In this document: piece by piece, positions 56,123 to 64,000 of the stretch
Position numbering within the stretch: position 1 is the first letter of the stretch
How the letters are laid out: the number at the start of each line of letters is the position of its first letter
Assembly: GCA_012295275.1 (NCBI GenBank)
Contig: CM022677.1
Location: 6,386,001-6,450,000, forward strand
DNA: 64,000 bases
Direction: 5' to 3'
Source of the DNA: Chrysomallon squamiferum
Lineage: Eukaryota; Animalia; Mollusca
Notes under the pieces: generated by a model
Database searches by the model: none
Seen by the model: only the letters and a program-made list of their open reading frames with translations
What the model was told of the DNA's origin: nothing
Program-made: the position numbers and the translations under genes

Positions 56123-57250
56123 CAGTTGACTATCACTAATCCGGCATCATCGGGACCTGGAGGGTGCCGGATTAGTCATTTTGCCGGATTAGCCATTAGG
56201 TTAGGATACACCAAACTGTGTCATGCCTTTGAAAGCTCGAGGACGTAAACTTTCACCGATGACCAGTAACTTACACCTGCGTGTTTCTGCAGCATTGGAG
56301 CAGCCCAGCACAGTAACACGGTCTTTCGATGCTTTATAACCTGTCGGCGATTCTGTATCCTCCGATTTCAGTGTTCTTTTGGGTGTACATTTCCAAAAGA
56401 GTGCAGCCTCATCTGCGATATAAACCTGGTCAGGACTTAAATTTTCATCACTGACCAATTTGGTGAACTCGTCAACAAATTTTGTAGCTGCTTCATTGTC
56501 AGCTGATCTTTTTCGCCACACACTGCACGAAACTGTAAGCTATGTCGTTCCTTAAAACGTTGCAACCATCCTTCACTGTAATCGCACTGATGTTCCAGTC
56601 CGAGTTCTTCATGAAATAGTTTTGCTTGTTCCTTCACAAGATCACCTGACAGTTCGACTCCTTCACTTTCACGCAACTTAAACCACCTCGTCATTACTTG
56701 ATCTAGTTCTGCATTTTTACCAGGTTTCATTGTTTTCGTTTTAAACATCTGTTTTTTCGACTCACTGTAAACAAAAAATTTAAGTAACTTTTCTTTTTGT
56801 TTCTTTATGTCATAAAATTCACATAAACCTCTCACAGACACGCCATTGTGAAGTCTTTTCTGCTATGGACAATGTTCGGTGTTTGCGCTTAACACCGCAA
56901 GAAGCACTTCTATTATTCACTGATACCATAATTGGGGCTAAAATGACCTTCTTACAATAATAAATGTTAAAAATCAAACCGGAAAAGCTTGCCTGTGTTT
57001 ACAGCTGGTACCAGTTTGTTGATGACAAAACAGCGCCTCCAGTCGTAGCGGCCAGTCAACTTAAAGAAAACATAACACAGCTTCACTAACCCGAGGAAAG
57101 CGCACGCACTGCACGAGGACAATACCATACAGCACAAGAATCGATCACAGAATCGATAGTGCCGCGTGAGTCATCGCCTACCATCCCCCCTTCGCCTTAG
57201 TCAGTTTTAGTGCCGGATTACTGATTGCCGGACTAGTGATGGTCAAGCTG
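56123..57250 (-). mobile_element. Internally deleted Tigger/pogo (Tc1-mariner superfamily) DNA transposon
   Basis: TIRs of about 24 bp (cagttgactatcactaatccggca / tgccggactagtgatggtcaagctg) flanked by TA on both sides. The frameshifted transposase has KRKHRTLSIAEK (HTH-psq), a CENP-B HTH (LDQVMTRWF..LSGDLVKEQA..SEGWLQRFKERH) and the DDE_1 start (ADEAALFWK..KDRVTVLGCSNA..LLVIG..RPRAFK); the rest is deleted. Confidence 0.95.
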
Positions 57251-57481
57251 TATCATAATCGAAGAGATATTTCGGAGAATTTAATGCTGGCTATGACAGA
57301 GGAGTCTGTGTCCTATGTCGTCTGGAAGATCATCAGACTGGGTATCTGACAATGTTAGAGTAGACAACATAGCTGTGGACATTTTTCTGAGATGCAATTA
57401 GTCACATCTTCAAATATTTAAACAGTATTAAAATATCAATTTATATTACAAACAGATTTCTTAATATGAGAGATAATTATG

Positions 57482-58062
57482 CAGGGCTCGAAATGGCCAG
57501 TAGCCAGGTTACCAAATGCGACCAAAGTTCGGTTTAGGCGACTGGGATGTTAGAAATATTTTGGTTCGTCGCCCCCAAAAATATTATTTGGGTGACCTGT
57601 TTTTTTCTAAAAGTTATAACTCAAGATAATTATTTTATAATAATTATATCGAAATATTTATTTCACATAAAACGAGTGCCCATAGTTCCATAAGTTGGAC
57701 GTATCGGCTTACATAATTTGCTAACATTTATTTATAAACAGTACTTTAAAGGATTATCGGTTGGTTAACGGAACAAGTTATCATAGGAGATAACTTTCTA
57801 ACTAATTGTTTGCTATTGTTTTTCCTTTTCAATTCCACCTTTAACTGGCTAAAGAGAAGGCAACGAACAAATTTAGCGAACTTTTAGATCTTTACGTTAA
57901 TAATTATCGTTTGGTTAACGGAACAAGTTATCGTGGAAGATAACTCTATAACCTTGTATTTGCTACTGTTTTTCGTTTTCCCACGCTAAATTTTACTCAA
58001 TCATTTCACGTTGCTTTCCTTTAATTTTTATTTTTTGAAAAATCCAAGCATATAATACTATA

Positions 58063-58113
<51 letters not shown>

Positions 58114-58434
58114 CATTATTATATAATTCTATTTTTGTCAAGGTTTGTTTGAAAATGTCTTACCAGCTGATTTGTATAACTAGGACTAAATTTGTGTGGC
58201 TATTTTAATTAATAAAGAATTTTCGTATTTCATTTTAGATGTTGACAAATTAAGGTAAGCCGATACTTTCAAATTATCGAACTGCGAACAAATCTTTTAT
58301 GTGATAAAAATATTTGCTACAAAATTATTAATAGTGGCTCTTGTGTTATAACTTATAGAAAAAAAGAGATGATCCAAAAAATACTTTTTAGGCGACTAAA
58401 CCATAATATTTGTTTTTTTAAATTTCGAGCCTTG
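57482..58434. mobile_element. Non-autonomous hAT-like MITE
   Basis: 13-bp TIRs cagggctcgaaat / atttcgagccttg (one mismatch), imperfect subterminal inverted segments (~57590-57640 and ~58320-58375), and an internal direct repeat 'ttatcg.ttggttaacggaacaagttatc' at 57754 and 57904. No clean 8-bp TSD. Confidence 0.75.
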
Positions 58435-59299
58435 TGCTTACTGACATAACGAGCATAATCATCAACTTGAAAGACATTTGTCTCAAGTTGAAAATGTCAG
58501 TTCTGCTGGGAGTTCTTCAAAGCACTCCAATGAACAAAGCAGAGAGAACTTGTATGGGTTTTTTCATTACTATTTTTCCTATTTAAGCAGCTGTTAATTT
58601 GTAATTTCTCCTTCATTTGTATAGAGAACATTTGGGTGGGTGTGTGTGTTTGGGGGGGGTACTGGTGTCTGCTTATATATTTTATTGTTTGTTTACAGCA
58701 TTAGTCAGAACAAAATCACAGCACTGCAGACTGAATGGAGAGAAAAGAAATCTGGCAGAAGAAAATGTGAAGTCAGAGAAAGGATAGTTCAATTTCTGCA
58801 ACATTTTCCTCAAGATTATGAGTAATTTTGTCTGAATCAGTCGCAGGATTCAAAGGGAGTAATTTGAAAATACTGTCTGCATGTGAGACTAAATCTTCAC
58901 TTTGGAGGAAGAATCAACAGACTGCTATTGCACAGTGTGAGCATTCATTTGAATAATGTGTAATTTTTCTAACAGATAAAGTGATATTTACTGGAATCTG
59001 TTCTGAAACATATTTAAAGTAGTAAATATAATTTTAAGGCTATTGTATTAATTGTTTGATTAATTGATTATATATTGCAATATATTTTTGTTTGTTATTT
59101 TAAATTATGTTTTCATTTTTAAGAAAAAGCTGTCTTGTTCAGTTTAACATTCCAAACATTCCAAACATTCCAGCCAGAACCAGTTTACTTCCTTGGGTCA
59201 AGACAATGTGGAACTTTTAAAATATCTTCTGAAAGCCAATCTATCAGCTGGTGAGTCAGTTAATCTATTAATTAAATAATTTATTTATTTGTTTTGTGT

Positions 59300-60170
59300 T
59301 AATGTATTTGCTTTTTGTTTTGTTTGTTATTGTGTATGCTATTTATTTGTTTATTTTGTGTTTGAATTTGATTGTGTTTAGATTGGTGGAGTAGCTGATT
59401 CTGAGTTTGGTAAGGTTGTTATGTAGTTTGTTACAAAAATGATTTTGGGTTTTGATGATGAAAGGTGTAACTAATGTTTATTTTATTTCTTTACTATTTG
59501 CTGGTTGCAACATTCACCCACTCCAGTCTATATCTCAGTATGGCTGACTGTTGTTTAAAAACTAGATTGTAGTGAAAGGTGTGTTTTAAAGGGTTGTTCA
59601 GGGCCTAGATCCTTCATGAGATGTTTGCTACTGAGAATGGATTTTAACACAGTATTTTAACACAGTATTTTAGTATCTGCAGGTTTTTGTCTGTATTTCA
59701 ATTGTTGTATATTTTATTCTAACACAAGACTGTCAGGCAGTGTGATGCTTGGTAAAACTTTTTACAAGATGTGATTATCTTCTGTATGTGGCGTCTGAAG
59801 TTGGCTGTCAAATGTGACCATATTAAAGTATTTTTCCAAAATCTGTGAAAACTGTAATCACTTTTCATTCATTTACTGAATGTTTGTTTATGGAATTTAG
59901 TAAATTGTTGTTCATGCAGTGTTTTGTTCTAAAGCTGTTTTGTTAGTTACTTATTAAATTGTTGTTGTTTAAGTTTTTGTTTACAGTGTGTCAAGGGTTT
60001 TACATGTGTGATATTAGTGTAACTGGTCTGCAGTTGATTGGTAGTGAATGGTCTTTGTAAGGTTTTGGTTGACTAAAACATTCTGCAAGTTTCCAGTCTG
60101 TTGGTATCTTACCTACTGACCAAATTACATTAAAGAGATCAAGTATTATTACTAATTAACTTGTACCTTA
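59300..60170 (-). mobile_element. Old I-clade LINE RT remnant related to the 33.6-37 kb element
   Basis: The minus strand reads LLDLFNVIWSVGKIPTDWKLAECFSQPKPYKDHSLPINCRPVTLISHM, paralleling 35780-35930. Confidence 0.8.
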
Positions 60171-60279
60171 ACTTGTGTTCTGTTTATTTGTCTAGTGGAT
60201 AGACAGATTTATTGATTTATGTAGATTGCTGTCAATTTTGTGTTTATATTCCCTGTTAGATGGCCTTAATTAAAAATGT

Positions 60280-60750
60280 TTAAAGCACCTTAACTGAGTT
60301 AATTAACTTTTAGACTGAGATGTTTTAATCTTAGGTTAACTAAATAACATGGGCCCTGAGACACAACTGAAACAATTAATTTATTGTCTTAGTCAGTTAA
60401 CTAAATAACATTTAACAACTGAGTTAAAACAATTCATTTTTATTATCTTAGTCAGTTAACTAAATAACATGATTAACCTTATTAACTGAGTTAATTAACT
60501 TTTACAACTGAAACAATTAATTTATTGTCTTAGTCAGTTAACTAAATAACATGATTAACCTTATTAACTGAGTTAATTAACTTTTACAACTGAAACAATT
60601 CATTTATTATCTTAGTCAGTTATCTAAATAACATGATTAACCTTTTTAACTGAGTTAATTAACTTGAGTAACAAGAAAACTAAGTAACTGAGATATTTAT
60701 ATTTCCATGATTAACTGAGATATTTATATTTCCATTAAGTTATTAACTAA
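60280..60750. repeat. AT-rich tandem repeat with ~82-bp unit containing short palindromes
   Basis: 'tagtcagtta.ctaaataacat' at 60390, 60449, 60531 and 60613; it contains agttaact and gttaattaac palindromes. Confidence 0.85.
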
Positions 60751-60996
60751 GATAATTATAAATCTGTCTGGGTATTTGTTAACATAGGATTTAACTCAAC
60801 AGCAGTCATATTTAAAATATTAACTGAAAACATAGATAGTTAATTAATGTGAACCTTCTCATAAACAGCCTTTGATAAATCAGCTTTTACATGAGGAATT
60901 ATTTTTATTTTATTTTTATTATTATTGTTATTGTTATTTTTATTATTTTTATTTTACATAGTTTCAGATTTTCTGAATGTTTTGTTTTGTTTTCAC

Positions 60997-61684
60997 TGTG
61001 ATGAAAAGAAGAAAACTGTAATAATCTCAGTTATAGGTGTTTGTTTCTGATCGGGTGTACTGTGGCTGAATTTCAATATCACTGGCACAAGAAAGCAAAG
61101 GTGAAGAGGAATACTGAGGCAATCAGAGCTAAGATGTCTGGTCATGAAGAAACTGATCTGATATTAAACACACACTTATCTGTTTTATAGACAGATATAT
61201 ATATATATATACATTATAGATATTGTATTCACATTTCTGTGTGAGTAACTTTTTTATGTTGTATATTTACGTAAACCTACGACCTTCAGTCCTATCACAT
61301 TCAAATGATTTTTTTATGTACAAAATTATAAACTTTTGTTAGCCAGTTGTTCTTAATCTGATACAAATGCATGATGCAGGATGGTAAAGACACACGCACA
61401 TCTATAAATAAATGTTTTTATTTCAGCCCCTGACAGTTAAACCTGACCCCACCCAGCTTGGACTGGTAAAAGAATCTGAACTGAAACAAGGAGGAATTGT
61501 TGGCTCCGAAGTATTTGGAATGGTATATAAGATGAGAATAAAATTACATATCTTTGGTATCCACAAGTTGATGGACTAAATGTTACTAGTTCCTACTAAA
61601 ATACATTATTATACTATTATTACTATTGTTATTATATTATTACTTTATTACTACTTTTTATTATTATTATTAGTATTACTTTCA

Positions 61685-61715
<31 letters not shown>

Positions 61716-62510
61716 GTTATTGTTTTTATTGTTGTTGTTGTTGTTGTTGTTGTTATTATTATTATTAACCAGGGATACTGGATACCAGAAGGAGAAAGTG
61801 TCAAGATTCCAGTAGCTATTAAAGACTTACAGGATGGAACTCCTAACCAGATCAAGGAGCTGTTGGAGGAGGCATGGGTGATGGTGTCAGTGAAGCATCC
61901 TTGTTGTGTCAGAATCCTCACAGTGTGTACATGATGGCACAGATGATGTTGATCACTCAGCTGATGTCACTTGGCTGTGTTCTCATGAGAAAAACAAAGA
62001 CCACATTGGAACTCAAGTCCTCCTCAACTGATGTACTCAGCCAGTGTGAGTGTTGTCAAATATACAGCCATACACACCCATATATACAGACAGCACACAC
62101 AGAGACACACACACACAACACACACACAGACACACACACACACATAGACACACACACACACACACACACTACACATAGATACACACACACACACATACAT
62201 TAAAAACACAATACACACACACACACAGATTTACACAACACAGAGAGACATACAAACACATGTGTAATCACACACATGGTGAGCACAACACAAATATTTT
62301 AAAAAACGTTTTGTTTTCACTGTGTTGTTTTTTTTTTTTTTTTTTTTTTTGTTTGTTTGCTGTTGTTTATTTTTGAGGAAATAATGGTAGTAGTAGTAAG
62401 TAGTTTTTTCTTCCTCTATTTAAAAATATTTATTTTCCTTCTAAAGGTTACTTAGAATCTTTGTAATAATAAATAAAGTAAAAAAAAATTTCAAATAATA
62501 GTACTTAAAC

Positions 62511-62552
<42 letters not shown>

Positions 62553-63470
62553 CACTGAAATTGTGAATACAATTTTGACATTATATTTATTTAATTTTTT
62601 TAACTTTGTACAGTATAAACCCTGAAACAGGTGAAGATCACATATTTTGGATTAGCTAAACTTCTTGATTACAGTGAGGAAGAGTACTAAGCTATGTGTG
62701 GAAAAGTGAGTGGAACAGCAGTAATTCACATTTCTTACTAATCAAAAACACTGATAAATTGGTCAAATTCAGATTTTAAACATTGAAGTTTAAATTCTGT
62801 TTTCTTATTAATAGGGAACTTACAAACTGAAACTTGGAACAGTCTTAATTCAGTTTTTTTTTATTAACTGGGAACGTTGATATCCTGAAATTTCAAAAAG
62901 ATTGAATTTGAGATGTTATGCTATAAACTGGAAAATATATGAGAAACGAGATTTTATTCTTTTTCACTGTTTCTGATGCCAATCACGTGTTTAGCTCTGG
63001 ACAGAATATTCATAGACAAAACTGATGTCTGGAGTTATAGTCCAACCTTCTTTTTATCTTTTCTCTTTTTTTTATAATTTTAATGCAGAAATGACATTTG
63101 AATATTATATTACATGTAAGATGTATCAATTTTAACACCCTGCTTGTAAAATGAAAAATATATATAATAAAGTGTACTTAGAAGAGTAGACTAAACACAT
63201 TTCTCTTACTTTGAGTCATTTTGAAATTAATATTTTTAGTACTAATTTTTAATAATAATAAAGTATGGAAATTAATATTACAGGTCCATTAACGATATAC
63301 TGAATCTTATTTTTTCTAGTCTTGCTTTATGATAGTAAAAATATTCCACTGATACAGAAGGTAAAAAAAAATGAAACTGATGGATGTGACTAATTTTATG
63401 TTGTTGTTGTTCAGGTGTTACTGTGTGGGTACTGTTTATGTTTGGTCAAACTCGATACGACAACATCCAC
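60997..63470 (+). pseudogene. EGFR: Unprocessed EGFR/ErbB pseudogene fragment (TM, juxtamembrane and kinase domain exons)
   Basis: Exons: ~60997-61157 (TM, then KKAKVKRNTEAIRAKMSGHEETD); 61427-61531 (PLT..VKESELKQGGIVGSEVFGMVYK); 61773-62045 (GYWIPEGESVKIPVAIK..EEAWVM..QMMLITQLMSLGC..IGTQVLLN*CTQ); 62614-62705 (VKITYFGLAKLLDYSEEEY*); 62976-63039 (MPI..LAL..TDVWSY); 63415-63470 (GVTVW.LFMFGQ..YDNI). It has stops, frameshifts, DFG changed to YFG, and broken splice sites. Confidence 0.93.
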
Positions 63471-63472
63471 GA

Positions 63473-63630
63473 AGTTCTCCATCACGTGAATATTGTGAAT
63501 TAGTTCCCTACTCAAACTAATTTGAACGCGCACATAACGACGAAATATGATCGCTAACACTCTGATTTAAAACACGTGTCTGTAGACCTCAAGTGAGATA
63601 TCCAGTTCCACATCTAGTCACGTTTTTAAT
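63473..63630 (+). repeat. Diverged copy of the 190-bp repeat core abutting the last EGFR exon
   Basis: 'tattgtgaattagttcccta.tcaaactaatttgaacgcgcaca..cgaaatatga..gatttaaaacacgtgtct..tatccagtt..atctagtcacgttttt' matches the 10-24 kb family. Confidence 0.88.
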
Positions 63631-64000
63631 ACGGTTGTGTTTGGTTTTTTTGTTAGTTTTTTCGTTTTTACGGTTGTTTCTCTAGTTTCATTTTTATTGT
63701 GTGTACGTGTGCATGTCTTTCTTCCTTTTTTCTTTGCTTTTATTTGTTGTTTCAATTTTAAAAATTAATATGTAAATTAAACTTAATTTCATGTCTAAGA
63801 GAGAATTTTATAAAATAGGTCAAGCAGAATCAAAAGAAAAAGGAGAAGAATAGTTGAGAATGCTATGGGATCCCCAGAACAATAATCTGTATTAACCATT
63901 AATAATAAATGTATAATAAATCTCAACAGTGAACTACTTTGTACTACACTGATATTATACACATTAATTATATTATACAGACAGACATACTGATAGGTGA

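Larger units (their letters stand above)
56058..59250 (+). pseudogene. C12orf4/FERRY3-like pseudogene, copy D (N-terminal half), split by two DNA transposons
   Basis: After excising 56123-57252 and 57482-58434 it reads EFNAGYDRG..DAISHIFKYL..NRFLNMRDNYAY..REN|FISQNKITALQTEW..KCEVRERIVQFLQ..LNLHFGGRINRL|..YLLKANLSA. This is collinear with remembered ESLSDYDRD..EDFADVYHDL..ETLLNLEHNYFV..QHFESQQDLENKW..KQEYQEWVIKLHQ..FTIHLGAQLKTM..LYSTSLCG. Phase-consistent GT-AG introns at 58552-58698 and 58937-59123. Confidence 0.6.

Noticed and set aside
57253-58550. Minus-strand F-box/LRR-like reading (FEELPAEL..LCSLCQ; ISEKCPQL)
   Set aside because: Splice sites and phase-consistent exons support the plus strand, whose translation gives several ordered C12orf4-like matches.
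61773-62705. Rescue of EGFR stops by A-to-I editing or an alternative genetic code (TGA at a Trp position)
   Set aside because: Frameshifts, the missing HRD segment, DFG to YFG and mutated splice sites cannot be repaired that way.

Overview
AT-rich, microsatellite-dense metazoan DNA; the EGFR remnant is protostome-type, and a mollusc is a plausible but unproven source. I found no intact protein-coding gene, and almost all ORF-track entries are microsatellite translations. 1-25.5 kb is a repeat domain: nested tandem duplications (about 3.1 kb and about 2.49 kb periods), a roughly 190-bp repeat present at least 14 times in one orientation, L1/Tx1 and I-clade LINE remnants, SINE pieces and minisatellites. 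27-59 kb holds what appears to be a cluster of up to five mutually divergent, intron-containing, decayed paralogues of C12orf4/FERRY3 (DUF2362), three on the minus strand and two on the plus strand. One has an extra N-terminal UIM-like motif. They are interrupted by an I-clade LINE, an internally deleted Tigger/pogo element and a hAT-like MITE. 61-63.5 kb is an unprocessed EGFR pseudogene fragment (TM, juxtamembrane and kinase exons) truncated by a copy of the 190-bp repeat. All family assignments come from manual translation compared with remembered protein sequences, not from database searches.
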